NCBI GenBank assembly: GCA_000320545.1
Contig: ADNK01001602.1
Coordinates: forward strand, 1-44,083
From: Bigelowiella natans CCMP2755
Taxonomy: Eukaryota > Protista > Cercozoa
Direction of reading: 5' to 3'
DNA length: 44,083 nucleotides
Both the position numbers and the translations under genes were made by a program. Below are positions 1-12,776 of this stretch, in pieces. Below the pieces are notes generated by a model, which was given only the letters and a program-made list of their open reading frames with translations, was not told the origin of the DNA and ran no database searches. Within the stretch, counting starts at the first letter, position 1. Each line of letters starts with the position of its first letter.

Positions 1-137
1 TGTGTGTGTGTGTGTGTGAATAAACTCGCTATCTATCTCCCCCCTCTCTCTCTCTGTGTGTGTGAGTTTTTGTGAGAGAGAGAGAGGGATGAGAGAGAGA
101 GAGAGAGAGAGAGAGCTCGATATATCTTTTTTTTACT

Positions 138-230
<93 letters not shown>

Positions 231-250
231 TATATATTAATATAATATTA
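1..250. repeat. Compound microsatellite tract (TG)n/(GA)n/(CA)n/(TA)n inside the kinase-gene intron. Similar di- and trinucleotide microsatellites fill most host introns in the window.
   Basis: Directly visible simple repeats. Confidence 0.95.
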
Positions 251-372
251 TAAATATGCCACCATATTGATGTCTAGCAGTGCAAAAAGTAACTTCCGAC
301 ATTTCTTGCTCCCCATCTCTTCCTCATCCTCCTATTCCTCTCACAGAAAATTTAGCACTAATAGAATGATAC

Positions 373-482
373 CGGGGCAACATAGGCGAGAGTACCACAC
401 GGCATCTTCATCAGCTCAGAAGGCCGCACGAATTTAGACAAACCAAAGTCCGAAATGATGACCTGCATGGAGAATGATGATA

Positions 483-518
<36 letters not shown>

Positions 519-1583
519 GCGACGGTGGCAGCAACACAACGGCGAAGATGATGACGCCGCGACGCAATGCATTTTAATAAAAACGCATACACTTTCAAGA
601 AATGAATGCCGGGCTCGAAACAACCCCGATTATTGCCCGTGCGACACAGAAATGCAGCAAAAAACAAACGCCCTTGTTCACGTGCGAAATCCGGAAATAA
701 TTTCGATTGATGTGACTTGACGAATATGATGGGCTTGGTTTTCTGCTCTGGAAAAAAGAGATTTGTCGGAACTCTCTGTAGGTTGCAGATGAGCCCCAGG
801 GCAAGGTGGTAATAATAGTGGCGAAGTGTGTGCAAGTAATACCACACTTTTGATGATTTTTACATCATCCCACTTCAATGCCATTTGATTCTCTTATGTC
901 ATCTTGCATCGTATGACGTTGTTACAGTACCAACTGCTACCCCCCCCCCCCCCCCCCTTCCTCCTATTACATACTTTGAGTCCATCGTTGATATTTGTGC
1001 AGAGAATATTCTCTGGTTTCAGATCACGATGTACGATTCCCCGACGGTGGAGGTAGTTTATGGCCGACAGAAGCTGAAAGACAATACTTTGCACCGTATA
1101 CCTTTGGTAAGAGTGGGGATAAATCTGTGTGTGTACCCATCGATGACCATGGAGATCATCATCATCATCACCATCATCATCACCACCACCATCACCACGA
1201 AGATGTGATGTATGCATGGAGGTGTACGTACTCAGGGAATATCTTGAATTTGATGATCCAGTTGAACAAATCTCCCGCCTTCATGAGATCCATGACGATG
1301 TAAATATTATCTCCAGTCTCAAAGATGTCCCTTTTTTCATCACCAATAACCATCATCATCATCATCATCATCATTGCCACCATCACCATCATCATCATCA
1401 TCATCGTCATCATCATCGTCATCACCTAGTTCTTATTATGTTTGGATGATGCACAAGCTTTAGAATGGCAATTTCCGTCCTGAGAGCCTGTCATGTCATC
1501 AAACCACGGCAAAGAAAACGTAATATATCAGATCAGATAACAACGACAACTAACACAGACTTCATATTCTTCTCCCATTGCTC

Positions 1584-1630
<47 letters not shown>

Positions 1631-2796
1631 ACGAACACACACACACACACACACAATGGCACCTCACGCTCTCGTTCCCTTATGCAAAGCTTCTTCTCTA
1701 TGATCTTCACAGCCACTTTCTGGCCCGTCGTCACCTCCACACCGCGGTGCACGATGGAGAACCTGCTCGTTCATTCGTTGGTCAGCAGCGACAGCCATGT
1801 GTTATTGCCGAGAGGAGACGCAAAAACACAAGAAGCAGGAAGAAGAAGAAGAAGAAGAAGAAGAAGAAGAAGAAGAGAAGACCAGAGAAAAGAAAGCTGC
1901 AGTGTTAAATACCACTGAACTTCCAAAGCATAGGAAGTCTCACCACTACTAATCATGTGTAGGAAGGAGAGACGGGGGAAGGTGAGGGGGAGGGGGGGGA
2001 AGGGATCTCTCGCACCTTCCTTTGCCGATTTTCGTCTCCCAGGTTATAACAATCCTCAAAGGGGGTACTTTTCCCTGCCCTTCTCAAAGCGTCCACCCAG
2101 GCCTGATGGCCGATCACGGGGAGGGGGGGGCCGATCAGGGAAATATCCGAATTGTATGTGTGTAGCATATGTATTGTTCTTCTTTTCTTCCTTCTTTTCC
2201 TTACCCTCCCACCCTCCCCTCCCCCCTCCTCCTCCTCCTCCTTCTTGCACGAGCTAGTCGAATGGCTGGTTGGTGGCGGAATAATGAGCTGTTGCGCAAA
2301 ATGCATGAAACGCGTCGTCGTCGTCGTAGTAGTAGTAGTAGCAGCAGTAGCAGTAGTAGTAGTAGTAGTCCAACCTCTTGCTCCGACTCTAACTTGGTGA
2401 AGTACCACTTCGAAGTCGACTTGTTTCGAGTCATCTTGATGGAGAAGTATCTGTATGATGATGATGATGCTTATTATTATTATTATTATTATTGTTATTA
2501 TTATAACTGTTTGTTGACCATCACCCCGGTTTTGAGGTGTCCCCTTTGGCGAAGAAATAGCCTTCCAAGTATATGACCTTAGAAGGCGTGCTGTCGCTCC
2601 TATTCTTAAACTCGTAAAAAAAACTGTTCTGCACTGTGCACCATCTACGCCGAAATCCACTGGTGGGGGGGGGGGGGGGTTAGGGCAAGCTCATAAGGAT
2701 CGCGATGATGATGATGATTATGATGATGACGATGTTTGCTTATCCACACACACACACACGCACATACACACACACACACGCACATACACACGCACC

Positions 2797-2848
<52 letters not shown>

Positions 2849-2942
2849 GAGATATGTTCGCTATCATTTTCTGTACGAGTTGTCCCTCCCCTCCTCCTCT
2901 GTTAACGCCGCTCCCCCGGCCAAAACTACAACAATAACAACA

Positions 2943-2976
<34 letters not shown>

Positions 2977-4540
2977 TAGTAGTAGTAATGCTACACTATC
3001 TACTGCACAATACCCTGTCTTTGCCCCGAGCTTAAAGAGGTACCCTTGATAACGATGAGCTACTGCTGGTATTGCTGCTGATGGTGATGGTGGTGCCGCT
3101 GCTGCTGCTGATGGGGGCAATAGCATGGGAATGCTGTTACCTACAATATAAAAACGACCAAGTGATGTTGCCGTCGCAATATTTCTACATAATTCGTATA
3201 TGCTGTGCGGGGTAGAACTTCGATTCCATCCACCACCACCACCACCACCACCACCACCACCACTAACAACAACGACAACAACGACAACAACGACAACAAC
3301 GACAACAACAACAACCTGCTCGTACAACATCTATCAGCAGCATCATCAACGATGCTCCCTATCACACGCTGATCAATCAGCAGCATTTTCTCCCTCATTC
3401 CGCACTCCCCCCCCCCCCCCCCCCCGACACGTACAGGTGGAAAGGACCGGGGGTGATGTCTTGTTGGAAGGTGTTGATTCTACGGAATTTTGAAGCTTTG
3501 GCTCCGGGGGGGGTGGGAAGGGCGGTTATCATGAGCTATCCGGAACCCCTCTGAGAGTACGTGTGTGATGATGAAATGTATGACAATGATGAAGAACACT
3601 ATGACGTATGGGCAATTTTGCAAATCCCGTCAGCTATGCGGCGTGGAAGTGATAGGTGAGAATTGCTAAATTGTTTCGAGCATCGAAGCCAACCACCCAC
3701 TAATACTATTGATCCTGATAACCTACCACCCTCCAAATGCACTTCTTTTTCTTCCTCCCTCCCCCCTCTCCTCCCCCCCGTCTTCTTCTTCTTCTTCTTC
3801 TTCTTCTTCTTCCAGAAAGGCGTTCTCTAGTTACCTTTGTCTTCATCGTGGTGAGAAAGTGCCACAACGGCTCGATCTGATTGTGGCCAAAATTGTAAAC
3901 CAAATAACTATTGTCAATGGAAGGCAGAAAACCATAGAAGATATATATATATATATTTATTTATTTATTTATTTATATCATCGTCGTCGTCATCCTAAAA
4001 CTGCGATTATTATTATTATTATTATTAGTAGTAGTAGTAGTAGTAGCAGCAGTGTTAGTAGTATTTTCCAAAAAAGATCAAAATCATAGAAAGCATGCCA
4101 ACGCCAAGGCTATTCTATTGCTGCGTCTTGACTTGGGAGCCAATGCTCCTTTTAAGACGCCCCACCACCCTTTTGCTCTACGCTACTATTAGCAGTATTG
4201 TTGCGCCATCGCCCCTCCATCAACGTTGTAATAAGAAGATCTGAATTCTCGTTTGACGACGTGTCTATTTCGTCTCTATCCCGCTATTCTGGCTGCTGAT
4301 GGATGATACCTGTTTGTGATCCAATAGGCTGCACTGAGCAGCCTTTTCCAAATCGCCGATTGTGACGTTGATCGACGGGGTTGATGACGAGGGAACGCCA
4401 TCATCCCCCCCCCACTGGATGCCTACAGGAGGAAGAAAAATAATAGGAGAAGGGAGGGGGGAACAATTAAAGGACAGCTCGGAGGGCAGGAGATCGATTA
4501 TATACGTATGATTACGTGCGTGTGTGTCTGTCTGTCTGTC

Positions 4541-4579
<39 letters not shown>

Positions 4580-5672
4580 GAGAGAGAGTTGTTTGTTAGC
4601 AGCGTGGGAAAGGGGGCGGGGTATGTATGTGTAATACGACTACAATTGCAACAACAACAACAGCAACAACCATTGCTACTGTTAGCAGCACTGATACGCT
4701 CATTCACCTTCTGCAGCATAAGATCCCTGTCTTTGATCACTGAGCGACGATCTGCAATTTACTTTTGTGAGCGCGCGTTTGCCGGTGCACGAGAGATTGT
4801 TGCGTGTATCATCACCTTCCCCTATTGTTTGTCTGATGAGCTTGATGATGATGATGGTGAGGAGGAGGAGGATGAACTTGAGAGCCGTGCGATGAGATAG
4901 AAGCCAGACTCATAGCAGAGCCCATAGACCGATTCTGATGGCAACAACAAAAACAGCAATAACAACACCAACAACAAGGTCATCATCATCAACACCGATC
5001 ATGGTGATGATGGTGGCTACTCTAACCCCTACCCCCATCTCAAGAAGACCAAGGAAGCAAGAAAAACGCGGATGGTAGTGGACAGAGTAGCGGTGCGTGA
5101 CAGTTTCGATTACTTTCACGAGATTATGAATGCAATCATAACTAGCAGCATCAGCAACTTGCTTCTCAAGCAGTAGCACTACTCGTAGCAGCAGTGCTAG
5201 GCTATCACCTGGTGATGATGATGAGAGAATTTGCCACTGGCTTCGTCTGTGGTAATTGCTGCCGTCCCTCTCCACTCTTCTCCCCCGCCTCCTTCGCCTC
5301 CCTCTTTTGTAGGGAATACACACCACGAGTTGGTGTAAAACAGCGTCTCTAATATTCGTTTGACCTAAGGAGAGGAAGGAGAGAGGAGGGGGAGGAGGAG
5401 GAGGAGGAGGAGGAGGAGGAGGAGGAGGAGGACAAGGAGGAGATCATTGCCCCCATGCAGGAGGAATGCAGATAATTAAATATTATATATATTTCCATAC
5501 AATTACTCACGTTATATTGCACACTCCTGTGTGTGTGTGTGTGTGTATGTGTGTGTGTGTGTTATACATTATGTTGTGCGACAAAGGCCGCTATCACAAC
5601 CACAATGTGTTTCAATTTTCTGCTGATACTTACCTGCAAAAAGGCTTATCTCATGTATGTTTTTTCTTCCCG

Positions 5673-5714
<42 letters not shown>

Positions 5715-6856
5715 CTACCCCCTCCCCCCCCCTCCCTCCGCCCTCTCCTACCTTTGGGTTGTGTGCGATCCACTGCTTGAATTCATAGAGATGGACTCGC
5801 TCCGATGCCTCCGCGTTGCAGCTTTATAGAGAGACGAGAAGACAACTGAGGTGCTTCTCATCTTGTAGACGACGATTTATACGTAGACGGTGAGCCGTGT
5901 GTAGGCTATTTCATACGATTTACACGTAGACGGTGAGCCGTGTGTAGGCTATTTCATGTGCTACAAAACATACGAACACAAGCTTGTTGGCTTGCTTTCA
6001 ATAGATACTAGACTCTATTCGTGTGTATTTGAGAGAGAGAGAGAGAGAGAGAGAGATGTTAACGTATAAAACTCACGTTTTCAGGCACTCCGCAACAAGA
6101 TCCTCCACCATGTTTTCCGTCTTCTCGTAGGCGGCCTAATGGCGCAAACACGTGCAACCAAACGAGCAATGGTATAATGCGAAACAGGGAGGGAACGAGC
6201 AAAGTAAACTAGGGTAAATATTGCCAGAAAGCTTTCGTAGGAACGTTTTTATCATCGGCGGCATCATCAATAATCAACGTCGTCCTCATCCATCATATGG
6301 CAATAGATCCCGTAAATCATTTCCATAAAGCGAAGTATCAACGCCCCGCTCAGGCGCTAGAGGGATCGGCTTAGTAGTCGACCATTTCCTATCACACAAA
6401 TTAAGATTCCCATTCTTATCCCCCCCCCCCCCCCCTTCATCCCTTCCCTAACGCAAGTGCAACTACAAGGCAGCAGTCAAGGGCACAGTTGGGTATCACA
6501 AACCTCTTCCTCCAATCGTAGACTTCTTGAAACGCCACGGTTTCTCTCAAATCCTGTGGATATCCTGAGCGTTGTCGGCATGAATCAGTTTGACTCTTTG
6601 TTACATTGGTCGATCAGCTTTCCCATAAAAAGGGCAAGATATAGGCTATATGTCCCCGATAATGCTTCTCCCTCTGCCTCCCCCTCCCTATCCCAACGCA
6701 CCTCCTCGGAGTCCCGTTGAGGTCAGTCGAAAGATGGCTCTTTTGAGAAGCCCTTCTCTCCTTATTACCCTTCCTCTCCCTAAAGGGGATTTGCAGTTTG
6801 AAAGATAGGTTGTATGATGCCAGAAACGTTAGAACCGCAACACTAGCTATCAGCAG

Positions 6857-6891
<35 letters not shown>

Positions 6892-7314
6892 TAGCTTGGA
6901 TTATTTACCTTAGGTTCGTTGCAAGCATTATAGTCGGTGACTTAGAATCTTCAGGTTGCTCCTTAGCGGCGGGGGTGAGTGGCTTCGAGGTGCTTGCGAG
7001 GGCGGTCTCAGGCGTAACGAGCGAATGCAACAACGTCGTCAGCTCGATCTTGGAAATCGATTTCTTCTCGTGGCCATCGTACATCGCGAACAGCATCTCC
7101 AACTTCTCGTCCATGCTCCCTCGGTAGTACTGAGCAAGCCCGCTGTTCACACGCATGCGTTTATTTTCTGCATGCGACGACTATGTTTGTAGCAAACATG
7201 TGGTGGAAGAGGTGAGTAGATAGGGTGAAGATGATTCGCCATGCATGATGAGGAGGAGGATGCACGTGATCCAAGACGAAGGACAATGGGCAACGCATAG
7301 AACGGCGGACAGAC

Positions 7315-7382
<68 letters not shown>

Positions 7383-8195
7383 CAAGCAGGTTATAAGAGG
7401 TAAATGGGGAGAAACAGAGAGAGGCACACTAAGACCTGAGGAATTCGCCACGATCGATGGTCCCGTTGTTATCTTTATCGAATACTTTGAAAAGGAGCTT
7501 CCCTATGATCCCGGGTAGCTGGAAAAAGGTGGCAAATGCATCTTTATCCATCGAAGGGCCCGGGGAGCGAGATGCGAGGTCTGGAAACATAGCGCGTAAA
7601 AGTAATGGAAGGATCATTAAACAAAAGCAGCTAAAGAGGGGGACGGGGGCTAAGGCAAGATGCATAAGATCACGAGACCTTTGAAAAGTTGCTCCAAGAT
7701 GTCAATCTCACCTGAATTAGTGTTAAAACCCACGGTAAGAGAGCTTCGTTACATAGATGATCATATTCAAACCTTTATGGAAGGCCTTGGTAGCCCCGCC
7801 CTTACCGGCATCCTCATGCCCCTTCGGGTGTTTGAGCCCCATTTAGCCAACCGTTGCGAAGAGGCTGCCTCTCTATAAAGTGAGCGACAGTAAACAATGT
7901 TGAACCTACATGAAGCTCTTTACATACAAGAACATCTCAAATCTCAAGACTACGCTCGTATCGTTTCTCACCGTGAAAAGAAAGGTTCCGGAGGTCTTCT
8001 TATAGCCAATGTTCCGAAGGTCCGTCTCGATCCTGGTGAGAAGAGGATATTGTTTACCGTTCAGAAGAATTTCCACCATTGACTCATTTTTGGCGAAACT
8101 TGCATTGTTGGCCATTCCAATGCTCTAGAGGGTGGAAAGTATGGAGCCAGGCTTACTTCGGGAATGCTTCGCTCATACAGCCGACTGCTCGCCAT
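373..8195 (-). CDS. CDPK7-like Ser/Thr kinase (N-terminal EF-hands, PH domain, C-terminal CaMK-type kinase domain); multi-exon, 3' end runs off the window
   Basis: EF-hand exons [47 protein letters not shown] (~7440-7580) and [22 protein letters not shown] (~6910-7140). PH-like exons YQGYLFKLG (~3020-3055) and AWVDALRRA (~2080-2103). Kinase motifs [47 protein letters not shown] boundaries give a continuous 5' frame from ATG 8195. One apparent +1 indel near 2038. Confidence 0.85.
5872..5957. repeat. Two-copy 43-bp tandem repeat in an intron
   Basis: ACGATTTA(T/C)ACGTAGACGGTGAGCCGTGTGTAGGCTATTTCAT x2. Confidence 0.85.
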
Positions 8196-8736
8196 TGCTC
8201 ATAGCACACACTCGGTAGTTGTGTTGATATTTAAACTCTTATCTTGAGATAATTCCGGTACAAAATATAGTCCATGATAAAAGAGCTGTTAAAATAATTA
8301 CAACAAGGAGAGCTTAAAATTTTCCTGGATTTGTCGAAGAAAGATTGTGACATGTCCGAGTCATTTTGGCCCGGATTTCTTTCTCTTCTCAGTGGCAATA
8401 CAGGGTTTTAGAGCTAGAAATAACGTGGAATATCTGCGGTTTTCCTCCTGCGTCAATCGATTCGTGTAGTCGTCTTTAATACTATTTATTTTCCAGTCGT
8501 ATTGTACGATTTTTCGCTGTCGGAAAAGGAAACCGTTGCTACCTTTTCAGCACCAATACCTTGTCAGTCGCTTCTGTACAATTGGTAAACGAAGGTGCAA
8601 AGACATCGTTTTCAGCACATATTACGACATAATTCGATTGATAAATGTCCTCATCTGTTTACTTTGTAACTAACAGTGTCTTAAAAAATTGTTAAGTTCC
8701 CCCACCCAGCGACGAGACCAACCCAACAAGAGGGGG

Positions 8737-9013
8737 ATGGCGGAGGTGGAGTGGCAACGGAGGTTCAACGAGCTGGCCGCCAAGTACAAAGCATCCCAGA
8801 TTGATCTGAAACGCTACACTCGGGTTGCACAGGAGCATGCATCCAAAAACCAACAGTTGCAAGAGGCATATCTGAAGGTAGGACGAGTTACAGAGATTTT
8901 TTTAGAAGTGTACGTACATGAGAAAACGAAAACTTAGACGAACGCACGCACGCAAGCACGCACGCACGCACACGCACACATATGTACACACACGCGCGGA
9001 CACGCACATGCAT

Positions 9014-9054
<41 letters not shown>

Positions 9055-9512
9055 AAACAGTATACATTCTTCATTATTATCTCGCCTTTGAAGGCTTGTG
9101 AAATATCCTAGCATGGGTTCGATGTGGATGACTTTCCTCTATAGTTTTGATGCTACATCAAAGATATTGTTTCGAATAACCACAGTTAAAAACCGAGTTA
9201 GAGAGGCAGCAGAAAGTTTTGGCCGACTTCCGACGCTTGGAGAAGGATAAGGAAAACGACAAGGTTCGACATATCTTTTTACATCACATGATCAGAGCTT
9301 CGCTGACTCATTCCTTTGACAGAAAATCCATGATGAACAATACCGCTCTCTCGCAGCGGAGTTTCAAAAAAAGAGAAGGGAGGAGCAGGAAGAATTTACA
9401 GACCAGACAGAGAAGCTCCGCGATATAACGTGCGTAGATTTGATGTATTCATGATGAAATGAAGAATTCAGATTTACTGTTGGTTCGTGAGATCTTGCTA
9501 TGATTAACACTG

Positions 9513-9546
<34 letters not shown>

Positions 9547-11293
9547 ACATTGATATGGGACCTAATTAATTGGATTCAGCGAGGCAGAGATAAAGCGTTC
9601 TTGCGAGCTCCAAGAGCAGCTGCAGAAATTGACTGGAAGTTGGAACGAGGTCTCTTTTATTTTGCCATATATCATTGAGTGAGTGTATGTTGCACCATAT
9701 ATATCTTATTTTAGTGAATCCTAAAACATAGGAGAGAGCACACTTAGAGGAGGTCAGGATCAAAGAAGCTCGTGCTTATGAGATGAAGTTGGCAGAAGTC
9801 GAAAATGAGAAGAAGCAGGTTATAACCATCCTACACGAGGAAAAGCAGCACATAAGCAAGCAATTGGAAGAATGGAAATCAAAGAACAAAAAGCTTCAGC
9901 AGCTCGTGAAGATGAACGAACAGGACACCAAGTTGCAGATGTGCGAGAAGGAGATTGAAGAGCTCCTTGTTAACAAAAAGCAGCTGATCGCTGACATTGA
10001 TATTGTGTGTGGGGAACGGGACAAGGCGGTAGCGGAGCTGCATTCTGAACGACTGCATTTCCTTTCTGAGAAGAAAAGTTTTCAGGGGAAGATCCAAATT
10101 GCTGAGGCTGAAGCAAAGTCCGTAAGACACGCTTACGAGCAGATCCATAAGGAGAATATGAGGCTGCAGAAAGAGAATGTGAAACTTGGGAATCAGGCTG
10201 TCGAATTAGAACGAGAAATAAATGAAAAGCATAAAGAGCTCCTCGACACAAATTCGGAAACAAGAGCAATAGAAGAGGTCTCCGGGAAACGTGTCAAGGA
10301 ACTCGAGCTTCTGGCTAAACAGAGCGCCGAGAAGTTCTCAGTTGAGGCTCAAGCCAGGGAAAGAAAGATCGATCAACTCACCAAGCAGTATGAGTCGATC
10401 AAGGCAGAGATGAACTATAACAAAAGGAATCACGTGGAAGTTCTTAAGCGCGTTGAGGAGAAAAATTTGGCTGAAAAGAGTCGATTAAAAAGAGAGCTCG
10501 AAGTAGTGACTCAAAAAGCTGATGATGTGAAAGAAAAAGGTGCTCAGCGCATAGCAGACCTGGAAGATAAGCTTGCAACCGCCCGGCAAATACAAGATGA
10601 TAAACTGAATGATCTGCAGCAGGCGAAAGCGATGATATCAAAGCTCACTGATCAGCTCGAGAGAATCAAGTCAGCATCAGAACAGACGCACAAAGACTTC
10701 CAGCTCCAGATGCGAGAATCTAGAGAGACGCAAACAGAGCTTGAAGTACTGCAGGCGATGCATCGGGACTTGAAGGAGAAAGAAAACAAAGTTAGCTCTA
10801 AATTACAGTCAATGAATTCTCAGAATTCTCTGCTAAGAAAGGAGGTACAAAGAGCCCGTGCTGAGAACAATGAACTGCGGAAATCAATCCTTGTTCGAGC
10901 GGCGAAAGTGAAAAAAACAGAGAAAGAGTATGAGGCAAGAATAAAATCTGCAAAGCAGGAACGAAAAGCTGAAGTCGGTGAACACAATAAGACTGTAGAG
11001 AAACTTACGAAAGACAAGAAAAAACTTAAGAAGATTGTATTGGTACTCCGAGAACACATCAAAGATCAAGCAGTAAGGACAGAGCAGGTATACCCAGAAG
11101 GAGAGAATAGACATTTTTCAGTGATTTCATAACCCTTGTCGTGTTTTATCGATTTCAGATGGAAAGGGCTAGTGAGACGGTCCTGGACACAAAGACGATG
11201 GAGATGGAAATGCTCAAAACCCAACTTCGAGATGCAGAGAGAGAGCGGGACGACATAAAAAGAAGGAGAATTGCAGAGATATCTTCCGATTAG
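8737..11293 (+). CDS. Long coiled-coil protein, multi-exon, function unknown
   Basis: Starts MAEVEWQRRFNELAAKY. Includes the 449-aa E/K/Q-rich heptad ORF 9783-11132 and short GT-AG-flanked exons. The last exon (MERASETV...SSD*) ends at TAG 11291-11293. Confidence 0.8.
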
Positions 11294-12360
11294 CAAACAC
11301 AAAACACATGAAACGTGTGCACTGCTAGACTTTGCACAAAAGAGTGTTGGATTGCGCTTGTGCGTCACACGGACATGATGCATGCAACCACCACATGTCA
11401 CTGATGTGCAAGTAGAACAAGTTCGTAAATTTTTGAGAGATTCGATCCTGCTCCTTGATCGATGAAAAATGCATGCACATCAGGTTTTCGAGCGCTTGCA
11501 GTGCACCATTGGGCAGCATGCGACAGCGTGTGCTAGTAGCGTTGTGGAATGTGAATGAGAACATCCACAATGCGTTCAGAACGTTGAACATCCACAGCCC
11601 ATGCAGGGCTGTGTGGCGCACGCACGTGTGAATGACACGTGTGGTTTCCGCATGGCATTGTTCTCGTCAACATGCGCATCTAGGCATGGCCAGAATGCAC
11701 GTGTTGTGAACACATGCAGTTTCTGCATCTGTTCTTGACAACGTGTGTTCCACAATTGCATGCACACTGAAGCACGTGTGTCACAAAGCACACACGAGCT
11801 CAGTGGTCACGTTTGTCCCAGAGAACACGTGCGTTCTGAACCCGGGTGCGCTCTGTGGCCCATGTGGGGCCACCACACAAACATTGAAAGAAAGAAACTT
11901 TCCCAATCGACCACACTTCCAACGTGTCACGTGACACTTCCACATGGCACGAAAAAAAATTTTTTTGAGAAAGCACCAGTTTGTTGATCGACGGCACTTT
12001 CTGGCTTTCAAAGTGATGCACGATCGACACTTGCAAAAGCTGAAAACTGCGAGGACTCACTGGTGTGAAAACCAGCACGATGTGAAATTGGCGTGCATGG
12101 CTGCTGGGAAGCAGCACAACTGCAATTGCATGACTGGTGGGAGAAAAAAGAACGACGCAGCGGGCCATCCTGACTGAGAACTTCCGGAAGGCTTTGTCAA
12201 TGAAGTGGTCCTTGTCCAGATCACCAGAGGGCTCACGCAACAAAACTCTGTTTCTGAGGAGGAAAATCGAGAAGCTAGGAAGCAGGTTGTGGATTCTGGC
12301 CGGTGTTCAAGTCCCGCGAAACACGGTGCCTCGAGCTGAACAATGAACAATGAACAATGA
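11294..12360. other. TpA-depleted (hypermutated) intergenic domain, probably a decayed repeat
   Basis: Very few TA dinucleotides and a glut of TG/CA/TGCA. Surviving TA is mostly CTAG or GTAG. Confidence 0.75.
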
Positions 12361-12776
12361 TGAAGAACTACATTTCCAAAATGTAACAAGACATTTGCAG
12401 TGTACGAAACGCAGTGCCTCGAACTAACTTTAGTTAGGACCATCTAGTGAAACCAAAAGGAATCAAGAATGGCATTGTAGCCACTCCTCCGTTCCTAGTT
12501 TCATTGTTGAATGCAACCCAAAGAGGAGAAGCTGTTCTCGCCTGCAGATCCGCATTGTCCCTCACCCCTCAGCCAGCTTTGGACAGTTTTCCGTTCGGAT
12601 TTTGACCACAATGACATTTCAGCACGATCATTGAGGCGGCAACAACAAGAACAACATCATCATTAAGACTTAACCATGACAAACTGCTACGACGTCGTAT
12701 CAGAGTACAAATGAATATCTAACACACAGACAGACCTCAGGGGCCGCTTCAGTGCTCGTTTCATCTGCAATACTTC

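Noticed and set aside
2030-2045. Programmed frameshift or pseudogenisation of the kinase
   Set aside because: A single extra G in a short G run within low-complexity sequence; an assembly indel is more likely. It cannot be settled without reads.
358-7451. Homopolymeric ORFs (poly-H/S/I/T/V, CVCV, ERER) here and at 42779-43465
   Set aside because: These are translations of intronic microsatellites.
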